This document shows, piece after piece, positions 17,770 through 26,627 of a DNA stretch of 64,000 nucleotides (positions are counted from its first letter, which is position 1; every line of letters starts with the position of its first letter). Both the position numbers and the translations under genes were made by a program. The notes beneath the pieces are model-generated. The model did no database searches. It was not told where the DNA came from and saw only the letters and a list, made by a program, of their open reading frames with translations. The stretch spans positions 983 through 64,982 of the forward strand of contig DATEGE010000005.1 of NCBI GenBank assembly GCA_035280265.1, read 5' to 3'. Source of the DNA: Gemmatimonadales bacterium. GTDB taxonomy: Bacteria; Gemmatimonadota; Gemmatimonadetes; Gemmatimonadales; GWC2-71-9.

Positions 17770-19617
17770 TTAGTGCGCCGGTTCCCGCAGCTCATGCAGC
17801 GTATTGGTCGCGGGATTGCGCAGCATCTGCACAATCCCCCGGGGCCAGCGGATCAATATGCTGTCGACCTCGCGCCGGTCCCCGAGACCGAAATGCACCA
17901 CGCGACTGGACTGGGCCAGGTAGCCGCCCGCCGGGTTGACCTGCCGGACCATCACCTTGCTCCCGGCCCAGAGCCGAACCAGCGCGCCGATCGCATCCCG
18001 GTTGCTGTTGGTTCCCGTCAGTCGAAACTCCACGTAGTTCCGGCGGGGAAACCGGCTCGCGAAAAAGTACGGGCGGCCGTTGAAGTTGTTGGTCACGATC
18101 TCGAGCCGTCCGTCGCCGTCGAAATCGGCTACGACGGCACTGCGCGAGCTCCGCGCAGCCGCTTTGCCACCGACCGTTTCTTCCAGGTAGATGCCACCTG
18201 TTGGTGGCTCGATGCCAAGAGCGGCAGCCTGGTCGCGGAACGTGCCGTCCCCGTTGTTCATCATCAAATGGTTGGGCCAGTAGTAGAAGGGATAGCCCAT
18301 CCCCGAAGTGATGAACACGTCCTCGTTGCCGTCGTTGTCGAAGTCACCGGCGGCCACACCCCAGGGCCAAAGCGTCTCCAACCCGGCGGGGAGGGCAGTC
18401 TCGGTGAACTTCCCCTGACCGAGATTGTGGTACAGCGCGTTGCCGAACAGCAGGGCGTCATAGTCCTCGCCCATCTTCGCGAACAATGCTCGTGCGGTCG
18501 TCGCGAAGCCGGGGGCTGCCTCGTCGACCGTCGGGCCCAGCGGTGACTGGAACCGCTGGTGTTGTGTCCGTCTCGCCGTTTCGAGTGAGCGGTGCTCTGC
18601 ATCGAGCCCCATCCACATGTCCGAGTGCATGTCCACCACGAATAGATCGAGCCGTCCGTCGCCGTCATAGTCGAACACTTTGCAGCCGATCGCCCCATAC
18701 GACGTCCGGCCGAGGGTCTGCGCGGTGACGTCGGTGAAGGTGCCGTGGCCGCTGTTGTGATACAGCTGACCCCGGCCGAACATGCTGGGAACGAACAGGT
18801 CCAGGAACCCGTCCTCGTCGTAGTCGAACACAGCGACGTCACCGGCCCAGCCGCGGCCTCGGAGACCGGCGCGGTCGGTCACATCGGTGAACGTTCCGTC
18901 GCCATTGTTGTGGTACAGCACGTTGAACTCCTTGGGCGTGGTGATCGTGCTGCCGAGGTCGGCCTTGCCCTCGAAGGCCCCCGTCGCGGAGTCGAACGTG
19001 TCGGTGGTCCAGCGGCCGGTATTGGTGAGAAACAGATCCAGGTAGCCGTCGTTGTCGTAGTCGAAGAACACCGCGGTTTGCGAATGGCCGACATGGCTCA
19101 GCCCCGCTGCCGCGGTGACGTCCTCGAAGGTGCCGTCGCCCCTATTATGGAACAGCACGTTGCCGCCACGGGTCGTGGTCACGTACAGGTCTTCCCAGCC
19201 GTCGTTGTCGTAGTCCGCGAACGTGGCCGCGACGGAGACCCGGCCGCGGAGGGCCACGCCTGCCTTCGCGGTGACGTCGACGAACGTCCCATCTCCCATG
19301 TTGTGGTACAGGGCGTTGCCGCCCTGCTGGTTGAGAAAGTAGATGTCCTCGCGGCCGTCGTTATCGTAATCGCCGACCGCCAGCCCCGAGCCGTGATCGT
19401 ACAGGTTGATGTGGAACTGCTCGCCTTGCTCCCTCGGGAGGTCATGCATCCGGAAGGTGATCCCGGCTTCCCGAGCGCGCTCCTGAAAGCCCGTCCCCCT
19501 GGAGTGCTCGCAGCCGGCGATCAACCCGGCCACGACCACCGCGACGGCTAGTCTGGCCGCGGGCGACCTGATCTCGTCAGACACGTTCATCCTTAGTTCG
19601 ACCGTTTTTCTGAGCAC
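17770..19617 (-). CDS. CRTAC1/ASPIC-UnbV family FG-GAP (VCBS) repeat protein, probable lipoprotein
   Basis: It has repeated DYDNDGxxDLxV and LYHNxGDGTFxDVT motifs. The C-terminal segment AIGALVRLWAGSKVMVRQVNPAGGYLAQSSRVVHFGLG is UnbV/ASPIC-like. A lipobox LIAGC is present. An alternative start is ATG 19590. Confidence 0.8.
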   Translation of the reverse strand: MLRKTVELRMNVSDEIRSPAARLAVAVVVAGLIAGCEHSRGTGFQERAREAGITFRMHDLPREQGEQFHINLYDHGSGLAVGDYDNDGREDIYFLNQQGGNALYHNMGDGTFVDVTAKAGVALRGRVSVAATFADYDNDGWEDLYVTTTRGGNVLFHNRGDGTFEDVTAAAGLSHVGHSQTAVFFDYDNDGYLDLFLTNTGRWTTDTFDSATGAFEGKADLGSTITTPKEFNVLYHNNGDGTFTDVTDRAGLRGRGWAGDVAVFDYDEDGFLDLFVPSMFGRGQLYHNSGHGTFTDVTAQTLGRTSYGAIGCKVFDYDGDGRLDLFVVDMHSDMWMGLDAEHRSLETARRTQHQRFQSPLGPTVDEAAPGFATTARALFAKMGEDYDALLFGNALYHNLGQGKFTETALPAGLETLWPWGVAAGDFDNDGNEDVFITSGMGYPFYYWPNHLMMNNGDGTFRDQAAALGIEPPTGGIYLEETVGGKAAARSSRSAVVADFDGDGRLEIVTNNFNGRPYFFASRFPRRNYVEFRLTGTNSNRDAIGALVRLWAGSKVMVRQVNPAGGYLAQSSRVVHFGLGDRREVDSILIRWPRGIVQMLRNPATNTLHELREPAH

Positions 19618-19658
19618 GCTCCCAATCTACTGCGCGACGCCCTCGCGGGCCCGCTGCT

Positions 19659-20660
19659 TCACTTCCACCCGCGCAGGCTGCGAATGTAGTCGCCCAGGAC
19701 CAGGAATTTCTCGAACACCGGCACGCCCTTCCGCTTGCGCCCGAATTCCGCGAACAGCTCCCGCAACCGCCCCCGCCGCGCGATGTAGAACCGGAACGTC
19801 TCGGCGAAGTCCTCCTGTGGATGGGTGGCGGCGTACGCGGTCACGTAGTTAGGGAGCGTGGTGGTCACGCCCCGGCGCTCGAAGTCCACCCATTTGGAAT
19901 CGGCGACGCGATAGGCCTTTCGTACCTCACCGAACGCCCGCCGGAACCGTCCGGTGCGCGTGAACGACCAGTTGTGATAAAGGAAGGAGTGGCCCAGCTC
20001 GTGTAGGATCAGCCCGGTCAGCATGTTCCACGAGATCTCGTCGCGGCGCCGCCGCTTGCTGGTCACATAGCGTCGCTCGATCTCGATGATCTTGGGCGTC
20101 TTGTGCGTCACCCCCGACACGCCCGGGCGCAGCAGCACGCGGTAGTTCCAGTCCTTCAAGCGGCCCACGACCAGCAGCTGGCGCACGCGGCGGAGCGCCT
20201 GGCGGATCAGGTCTCGCCCGGTCGCGTCCTTCCCACACCACGGGCAAACCTCCATCCAGTCGTTCACACCCTTGTTGCAGTGGGGGCAGATGTTCTGAAA
20301 CTCTTGATAGCGCCATTTCTGGGGACGGCCGCACCAGGGGCAGAACCGCATCGGGTACATCACGCCTCCGCCGCACCCCCAGCCGCAGCGACGGTGATAC
20401 TTGAATCCCTTGGGCGCCTTCAGCGGCTCCGGGCTCGAGTCGCGGTCGGCGATGTCGCGGCCGCACCAGGGGCAGAATGCGAAGCTGTCCGACACCACCC
20501 AGCGGCAGTAATGACACTCCGCTCCCGTCTGTTTGGTCGTGTCGGACCACACCAGCCGGCGGCCGCAGTTGGAGCAGAACGCCCAGAACCGCTCCAGTTC
20601 CGCAGCGCACGTGGGGCAGCGCAGCTCCGGTGTAGGGATTTCCCGCCTACGCCGGGCCAC
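19659..20660 (-). CDS. Protein with four tandem zinc ribbons and a C-terminal putative zinc metallopeptidase domain
   Basis: The start is GTG 20660. The four zinc-ribbon units are CPTC..CSNCG, CHYC..CPWCG, CGWGC..CPWCG and CPHC..CPWCG. They are followed by HELGH and HPQEDFAETF, as in the putative zinc-binding metallopeptidase family. Confidence 0.75.
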   Translation of the reverse strand: MARRRREIPTPELRCPTCAAELERFWAFCSNCGRRLVWSDTTKQTGAECHYCRWVVSDSFAFCPWCGRDIADRDSSPEPLKAPKGFKYHRRCGWGCGGGVMYPMRFCPWCGRPQKWRYQEFQNICPHCNKGVNDWMEVCPWCGKDATGRDLIRQALRRVRQLLVVGRLKDWNYRVLLRPGVSGVTHKTPKIIEIERRYVTSKRRRRDEISWNMLTGLILHELGHSFLYHNWSFTRTGRFRRAFGEVRKAYRVADSKWVDFERRGVTTTLPNYVTAYAATHPQEDFAETFRFYIARRGRLRELFAEFGRKRKGVPVFEKFLVLGDYIRSLRGWK

Positions 20661-21651
20661 GCGCTAGCGCCTCCTCCACGATCCGCTCGATGAAGTCCTC
20701 GTAGCCCAGCCCCGCCTTCTCCGCCGCGTCGGCCATCTCGTTCTCGTAGGCGAGGAACGGATTGGGATTTACCTCGAGGACGTATACTTCGTCGTCGTGC
20801 GTCAGCCGCAGATCGACTCGCCCGTAGTCCTGGAGCCAGAGGGCGTGAAACGCCGTGGTGCACGCGTCGGCGATCTTCGCGGTGACGGGGTCCGAGAGCC
20901 CTTTCGCAAACACGTTCTTGATCTTCTTGCGCTTGCGGTACTCTTCGTCCCATTTGGCCTTGTAGGTGGCGATGCGGTGATCGCCCTCCGTTTCCCCGAA
21001 CGTCAGCTCCACGATCGGCAGCACCTGCAGGGCACCGTTCCCGATCAGCCCGACGTACAATTCACGTCCCTCGATCAGCTCCTCCACGATCGCGGCCTGG
21101 CCGAACTTTTCGTGAATGAATTTCACCCGCGCCCCCAGGTCTTCATCCTCCCCGACCACCGAGGCTTGCGAGATTCCCACCGATGCATCCTCGAGGAGCG
21201 GCTTGACGATGAGCGGGAAGCGCAGCTCCGACGGGCGTACCGGCTTTTCGCCGGGACGAAACTCCGCGAAGGCGGGGACCCGGATCCCGTGGTGCGCCAG
21301 GATCTTCTTGGCGAGCGACTTGTTCCGCGCCACCAGCAGCCCCGTCGGCGAGGAGCCCGTGTACAGGTAGCCATGCATTTCGAGCACGGTGGCGAGGGCG
21401 TACTCGTGCCTGGCGTGACCGCGGAACGATTCACAGCTGTTGAACACCAGCTTGGGCTGAAACGCAGCGAGCCGCTCCAGTACGGGTGCTAACTGCTCGG
21501 CGACGCCGACCATCAGGAGGTCGTGTCCTTTCGCGAGCAGTGCCCGGGCCACGTCGTACTCGGCCTCCTCGACCTTCGCGGCGACTTCCTTCTTGTAATC
21601 GGCGTCCTCCCAGTCGGGATGGAGCGTGTCGAAGACGACGGCGATCTTCAC
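20647..21651 (-). CDS. ATP-grasp ligase of the D-alanine--D-alanine ligase-like family (probably not the housekeeping Ddl)
   Basis: GTG 21651 is preceded by GGAGGGG. The ATP-grasp core is present (FPLIVKPLLEDASVGI, AIVEELIEGRELYVGLIG, VLEVNPNP). The N-terminus lacks the GGxSxE-type signature I associate with true Ddl. It overlaps the downstream gene by 14 nt. Confidence 0.75.
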   Translation of the reverse strand: MKIAVVFDTLHPDWEDADYKKEVAAKVEEAEYDVARALLAKGHDLLMVGVAEQLAPVLERLAAFQPKLVFNSCESFRGHARHEYALATVLEMHGYLYTGSSPTGLLVARNKSLAKKILAHHGIRVPAFAEFRPGEKPVRPSELRFPLIVKPLLEDASVGISQASVVGEDEDLGARVKFIHEKFGQAAIVEELIEGRELYVGLIGNGALQVLPIVELTFGETEGDHRIATYKAKWDEEYRKRKKIKNVFAKGLSDPVTAKIADACTTAFHALWLQDYGRVDLRLTHDDEVYVLEVNPNPFLAYENEMADAAEKAGLGYEDFIERIVEEALARGPA

Positions 21652-21671
21652 CGCCCTGCCCCTCCACCCCC

Positions 21672-21773
21672 AACGCGGAACGCGGAGCGCGGAACGCGGA
21701 ACTGATGAAGGAGGTCGCGTGCCGAGAGACGCACGCTCTGCTGTTCCGCGTTCCGCATTCCGACTTCCGCGTT
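21672..21773. repeat. Long imperfect hairpin whose arms are inverted arrays of 7-bp tandem repeats (GCGGAAC)
   Basis: The left arm is 21672-21702 (aacgcggaacgcggagcgcggaacgcggaac). The right arm is 21743-21773 (gttccgcgttccgcattccgacttccgcgtt). By my alignment 27 of 31 positions are complementary. The 40-nt loop contains a small palindrome gcgtgc-n8-gcacgc (21717-21736). Confidence 0.85.
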
Positions 21774-23212
21774 CATCCTTTGACCCGCTGCATATCCCGC
21801 CCCACCGTCGTGAGTGCAATGAGGATCACCAGCCCTCCCACCGCCCCCGCTGTGGGGAGCAACAGCATGGCAGGCCGCAAGCCGAACCGGTCGGACAGAT
21901 AGCCGATGAGCGGCGGAGCGATCGCATCGCCCGCGAGGTGGGAGTACAGGACGAAGGCGCCGAGCACCGACGCCCGCACGGCGGGCGGGACGACGTCCAG
22001 GATCACCGCCGACAGCGGCCCGTTGTACCAGGAATAGAGGAAGAACGTCGTGAACAGCAGGGGAACGAACAGCCGCAACTCGTCAATGAGGAGCAGCGCC
22101 GCGCACACCGGCCCGCCCAGCACGAAGCCCGCGCCCGACACGACGACCCGCCCACCGCTCCAGCGCGCCAGCAGCCAGTCCCCGGTGCGCCCACCGAACA
22201 ACGCGCCCAGGGCGCCGCCCGCGAGCCCCCACACGCCAAAGTGGCGTCCGACCGTTGCGACTGGCAGGCCGTGCGTGCGCTCCAGAAAACTCGGCGCCCA
22301 GGCGATCAGGCCATTGACCGCGAAGGTAACGAGCGCCCCGCCGACGAACATCCAGATCAAGGTGGGCGTGCGCAGGACGGTGCCGGCCGCCACCAGGAAG
22401 TCGCTGAGCGCGCTGGCGGCCACCTCCCCGGCTTCGCTGGTGCCCCGCACGGCCACGGGGACCAGCCGGACGACCGTCCAGACGATGCCGACGCTCACAC
22501 ACGCGGCGAACACGGCTGTGTCGACGCCCGGCGGCAGGCCCTGAAACAGATCGAGCGCGCCGCTGACCACGGCCCCGGCGACCGTCAACCAGATCAGCGG
22601 CGCGCCGAGCACTAAGGCTTGCCGCAGCCGCAGGCGTCCCCGATCGAGCCAGCTTTCCACCGACGCCCGGATCGTGGGCGGCGGTCGGCGGCGGGGCTCG
22701 CGTAACCGGGACGCGAGGAGCGCCAGCACGAAGCCCGGAGCGCCCAGCGCGACGAACGCCGCCCGCCAGCCGTAGCGCTGGGCGAGCACCCCGCCCAACC
22801 AGATGCCGAGCACGCCGCCGAACGCCATCCCCACGGAGTAGATGCCGATCGCGAACGCACGACGTTTGCCCGGGAAGAATTCCGCGATGAGGGCCTGGGC
22901 CGCGGGGCCGTAGCCCGCCTCCCCGACGCCGACCAGCGCACGGCAAAACATCAGGTGCCAGAAGCGCTGCACCGTCGCCCCGAGCGCCGTGAACACACTC
23001 CACAGCCCGACGCCCGCGGCGATCACGGCGCGGCGCGATTTCAGGTCCCCGAGCACGCCGAGGGGAAGGGCGGCGAGCGACAAGACGATCACGTACGCAG
23101 AGCCCAGCCACCCGAGCTGCTGATCGGACAGCGTGAGCTGGCGCTTGATCGGCTCGAACAGAGCGAAGACGACGTTGCGGTCCGTGTAATTGAGGAGGTT
23201 GATCAGCGTCAA
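21773..23212 (-). CDS. MFS transporter (Spinster-like type)
   Basis: 479-aa ORF from TTG 23212 (LINLLNYTDRNVVFALFEPIKRQL..., about 12 hydrophobic segments). That start would truncate the first helix. The in-frame upstream sequence reads ...SRAYAAYALGLL with no ATG/GTG/TTG. A CTG at 23317 lies behind an AGGAGG and is a candidate true start. Confidence 0.8.
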   Translation of the reverse strand: MTLINLLNYTDRNVVFALFEPIKRQLTLSDQQLGWLGSAYVIVLSLAALPLGVLGDLKSRRAVIAAGVGLWSVFTALGATVQRFWHLMFCRALVGVGEAGYGPAAQALIAEFFPGKRRAFAIGIYSVGMAFGGVLGIWLGGVLAQRYGWRAAFVALGAPGFVLALLASRLREPRRRPPPTIRASVESWLDRGRLRLRQALVLGAPLIWLTVAGAVVSGALDLFQGLPPGVDTAVFAACVSVGIVWTVVRLVPVAVRGTSEAGEVAASALSDFLVAAGTVLRTPTLIWMFVGGALVTFAVNGLIAWAPSFLERTHGLPVATVGRHFGVWGLAGGALGALFGGRTGDWLLARWSGGRVVVSGAGFVLGGPVCAALLLIDELRLFVPLLFTTFFLYSWYNGPLSAVILDVVPPAVRASVLGAFVLYSHLAGDAIAPPLIGYLSDRFGLRPAMLLLPTAGAVGGLVILIALTTVGRDMQRVKG

Positions 23213-23267
23213 CAGGCCCAGAGCGTAGGCAGCGTACGCTCTGGATGTACCAGCGAGCTCGTCGACC

Positions 23268-24407
23268 TTAGGGCCGCCGTCCGACAGTCGTCGCCTCCGC
23301 GCGCGCGTCGCGCTCAGCCTTCGCCTCCTGATACGCGGCGGTGAGCTGCCGCATCATCTCGTCACGCCGGTCGTACAGACGTTTGAGCCGCCGCTTGGTT
23401 CGCTTGGCGAGGGCGTACGCAGCGAGAATCGGGAAGCCGACGGTGTTGTCGAGGTAGCACACGACCGTCCCCGGGAGCTGGTCGGGGTCCACCTTTCCCC
23501 AGCTCACGGCTTCCGCGGGCGTGGCGCCCGACAGTCCGCCCGTGTCGGGGCGGGCATCGGTGAGTTGGAGATAATAGTCGTGGCCCTTTTCGCTGATCCC
23601 CAGGACTTCCTGAATCTGCGGCTCGGTCTGGAGCACGAAGTTCTTCGGACTGCCTCCGCCGATGATCAAGACGCCGCTCTTCCCGGCGTGCGTCTTGGCA
23701 TCGAACACGATGGCCGACGTCTCGTTCACGTCGGCGCTGGGATCGAAGCGCAGGCGCGACCCCGTGAGCGCTTGTTCGGCGACGTTCATGCCGATGGAGG
23801 AGTCTCCCGGTGACGAGGTATAGATCGGTACGGCGCACTGATGCGCCACCCCCAGCACCGACTTGCGAGAGATGCCGAGGGTCCGTTCGCGCTCCAGGAT
23901 ATAGCCGCCGAGGAGGTAGTGGTACTCCGCGGTGCTCATCGACCGCTGGAACTCCGCGCTCGCCGACACCTGCCGGATGTAGGCGTCAGTGGAGAGCAGC
24001 ACCTCGTAATCGAAGAAGATGTCGTAGATGCGGACGACGCCTTCCTGGCGCAGCTCCACATCGTCCGCGAACGGTGTCCCGCGATGCATCGCGAGTCCCA
24101 GCCCGAAGTGGGCGTCGTGGTAGAGGTTGGCGCCGGTGGAGACGATCCAATCGATGAACCCCGCCTCGAGGAGCGGAATGATCGTGGACATGCCCAGGCC
24201 CGCGGGCGTCATGGCGCCGGTGAGACTCATGCCTACGGTGACGTCGTCTGCGAGCATCCGCTCGCTGAACAGGCGGCAGCCCTCAGCGAGGCGGCCCGCG
24301 TTGTAGGCGAGAAACGCGTTGTCCACCAGCTCCGGCACGGTCTCTCGCCCGGTGACGGGCTTTGGGTCGATGCGCTGACCGCGCAGGAAGTCCTTGCGAG
24401 TGCTCAT
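23268..24407 (-). CDS. Deoxyhypusine synthase-like protein
   Basis: 379-aa [43 protein letters not shown] and GGGSPKNF match the deoxyhypusine synthase family. Confidence 0.8.
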   Translation of the reverse strand: MSTRKDFLRGQRIDPKPVTGRETVPELVDNAFLAYNAGRLAEGCRLFSERMLADDVTVGMSLTGAMTPAGLGMSTIIPLLEAGFIDWIVSTGANLYHDAHFGLGLAMHRGTPFADDVELRQEGVVRIYDIFFDYEVLLSTDAYIRQVSASAEFQRSMSTAEYHYLLGGYILERERTLGISRKSVLGVAHQCAVPIYTSSPGDSSIGMNVAEQALTGSRLRFDPSADVNETSAIVFDAKTHAGKSGVLIIGGGSPKNFVLQTEPQIQEVLGISEKGHDYYLQLTDARPDTGGLSGATPAEAVSWGKVDPDQLPGTVVCYLDNTVGFPILAAYALAKRTKRRLKRLYDRRDEMMRQLTAAYQEAKAERDARAEATTVGRRP

Positions 24408-24414
24408 GGGGGCC

Positions 24415-25161
24415 TCAGTCGCGGTTATCCTCCAGCGGATACCCCTGGGTGCGCCGCTCGCGCGCCTGGCGCACGAGCGCGACGGCTTCGCGCGGACTGT
24501 CCGTGACAGTGAAGAGCGCCAGATCGGTCGCGGCGATCTTGCCCTCGCCAGCCACGCGATCCCGCAGCCAATCCGCTAACCCGCGCCAGTAGGGCTCGCC
24601 GAACAGGATCACGGGGAAGTGCTTGACCTTCCCGGTCTGAATCAGCGTCAGGGCTTCGAACAGCTCGTCCATGGTGCCGTAGCCGCCGGGGAAGACGATG
24701 AACGCCGTGGAGTACTTCACGAACATCGTCTTGCGGACGAAGAAGTAGCGGAAGTTGATCGCGCGCTCGACGAAGGGGTTCAGCCCCTGCTCGAACGGGA
24801 GCTCGATGTTGCAGCCGATCGAGAGTCCGTTGCCCTCCTGGCAGCCGCGGTTCGCCGCTTCCATGATTCCGGGGCCGCCGCCCGTGATGATGGGAAACCC
24901 TTCCCGCGCCAATAACCGCGCGGTCTCCACGGCCTTCTCGTAGTAGGGGTCTTCGGGCGTGGTCCGTGCCGAGCCGAACACGGTGACCGCGTTGTACACG
25001 TCCGAGAGAGTATCGAATCCTTCGACGAACTCCCCCATGATGCGCAACACGCGCCAAGAGTCTGTCCGGGTGAACGCCCGCCGCTCCCGCGGGACCTGAG
25101 CGAGGAGCTGTTCGTCCTCAGTGACCGGCGGGCGTGGCGAGCCGCTGTAGCGCTGAGACAT
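24415..25161 (-). CDS. LOG family protein (TIGR00730-type, nucleotide 5'-monophosphate nucleosidase / cytokinin riboside 5'-monophosphate phosphoribohydrolase-like)
   Basis: [31 protein letters not shown] and [15 protein letters not shown] are the family signatures. The start is ATG 25161 (AGGA 5 nt upstream) or ATG 25167. The track start (25317) is over-extended. Confidence 0.85.
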   Translation of the reverse strand: MSQRYSGSPRPPVTEDEQLLAQVPRERRAFTRTDSWRVLRIMGEFVEGFDTLSDVYNAVTVFGSARTTPEDPYYEKAVETARLLAREGFPIITGGGPGIMEAANRGCQEGNGLSIGCNIELPFEQGLNPFVERAINFRYFFVRKTMFVKYSTAFIVFPGGYGTMDELFEALTLIQTGKVKHFPVILFGEPYWRGLADWLRDRVAGEGKIAATDLALFTVTDSPREAVALVRQARERRTQGYPLEDNRD

Positions 25162-26299
25162 GGTCATCCTGCACGTTATAGAAGAAGGGAGAGAGGCGAA
25201 CGTGGCCGGGCCGGGCGTCCGCGATGATGCCGGCGTCGGCGAGATGGCGCACCGACCCTGCCGGGTCGGCCACGGGCAGGAGCACGATCGCCGAGCGCTC
25301 GGCGAGGCGCGACGCAACCTTGGGCCGGAAGCCGAGTTCCCGCGCCCGACCGATCAGATCCTCAGTGAGCTCCGCGCTGACCCGCCGGATCACCGGGACA
25401 CCGATTTCCTCGATGTAATCGAGTCCCCCCAGCTGGGCGTACACCGCCGCGAGGGATGGAGTGCCGAGTTCGAAGCGGCGCGCGTCGTCATGAAGCTCCA
25501 GGGTGCGCGGGTCGAACGCGAACTGGTCGCGGTGCCCGAACCAGCCGGCGATGGTGGGCGTCAGCCGTCGCGCCAACTCCGCACGGACGTACAGGAACAC
25601 GATCCCCGATCCCCCGAGCAGCCATTTGAGGCCGCCGGCCGTGAGGAAGTCCACGTCGGCCGCCCGCACGTCCACGGGGATTTGCCCCACCGCCTGGTAG
25701 GCGTCGATCAGGCAAAGCGCGCCCTTGGCGTGAGCGGCGGCGGCGACGGACCGGATGTCCTGGATCGCTCCGCTCGTGAAGTACACGTGCGACGTCGCTA
25801 CGAGGGCGGTACGCTCGTCCACCGCCCGCACGATCGCCTCGACCGGCACGGACACCTGGTCGGGGCTCTCGACCACCACCAGCTCCACGCCGCGCGGCCG
25901 CTTGGCGAGCCATTGGTAGGCGACCGTCGGGAAGTCGAGTGATGTGATCACGACTCGTGGGCGCGCGCGATAATCCAGCGCCTCGGCCACGGCAGAGATC
26001 GCCACGGAAATGCTCGGCGCGAGCGCGATGTCATCCGCCGCGGCGTGAATCAGCCGGGCGTAGCGCTGCCGCAGCTCGCCTAACGCCGCCCACCACACGT
26101 CGTACCACGCGGCCGCTCCCCGAGCTTGCCACATGTCGAGGAACTGCGCGACGCGTGCGCGGGTGCGCTCGCCGAGCGCTCCCAGCGAACAGGTGTTAAG
26201 GTAGACGCGGCCCCGGAAGATGGGAAATTCATCGCGGTATCGGGCGAGCGCGTGACCTCCGGCGCGCGTGGCGGCTTCGCGGCCGCTGGCAAGCGTCAT
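25118..26299 (-). CDS. Class V aminotransferase-fold PLP-dependent enzyme
   Basis: 393-aa ORF. It has FPIFRGRVYLNTCSLG at the N-terminus and a probable PLP-lysine context in FLTAGGLKWLLGG. The substrate is unknown. Confidence 0.75.
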   Translation of the reverse strand: MTLASGREAATRAGGHALARYRDEFPIFRGRVYLNTCSLGALGERTRARVAQFLDMWQARGAAAWYDVWWAALGELRQRYARLIHAAADDIALAPSISVAISAVAEALDYRARPRVVITSLDFPTVAYQWLAKRPRGVELVVVESPDQVSVPVEAIVRAVDERTALVATSHVYFTSGAIQDIRSVAAAAHAKGALCLIDAYQAVGQIPVDVRAADVDFLTAGGLKWLLGGSGIVFLYVRAELARRLTPTIAGWFGHRDQFAFDPRTLELHDDARRFELGTPSLAAVYAQLGGLDYIEEIGVPVIRRVSAELTEDLIGRARELGFRPKVASRLAERSAIVLLPVADPAGSVRHLADAGIIADARPGHVRLSPFFYNVQDDHVSALQRLATPAGH

Positions 26300-26360
26300 A
26301 GGCGGTCAATATACAGGAGGAAAAGCGCGCCGGGCACGCCTCGCGAGTACATTCAAGCTC

Positions 26361-26627
26361 ATGCAAGCGTCTGGTGGCTGGGCGGCCCTCGCCACGCGCC
26401 TCGCCCTGCGGGCAGCGGTGAACCCGCGCCTCGCCCTCGATCTCGTCCGTCTCGCGTGGAGCTTCCGGGCCCGCGGCTGGTACCGCCGTCTGCCATTCCT
26501 GCCGCTGCCTCCGCGCGAGTACCTGCGCTGGCGGATGTTTACTGCGTACGGCGACGAGCAGGCAGTGCCACCGCTCGTGGACGTCGTGCGGTTCGCGAGA
26601 TGGCGTCGCGAGACGATGCATTTATGA
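26361..26627 (+). CDS. Hypothetical small protein (88 aa)
   Basis: ATG 26361. MQASGGWAALATRLALRAAVNPRLALDLVRLAWSFRARGWYRRLPFLPLPPREYLRWRMFTAYGD. Third positions are G/C-rich. Its stop forms an ATGA overlap with the queG start. Confidence 0.55.
   Translation: MQASGGWAALATRLALRAAVNPRLALDLVRLAWSFRARGWYRRLPFLPLPPREYLRWRMFTAYGDEQAVPPLVDVVRFARWRRETMHL

Noticed and set aside
21703-21742. AAGGAGG followed by GTG in the loop of the big hairpin, as the start of a plus-strand gene (track ORF 21626-22615 frame)
   Set aside because: The downstream frame is antisense to the MFS transporter and is Arg/Pro/His-rich. The SD-to-GTG spacing is only 4 nt.
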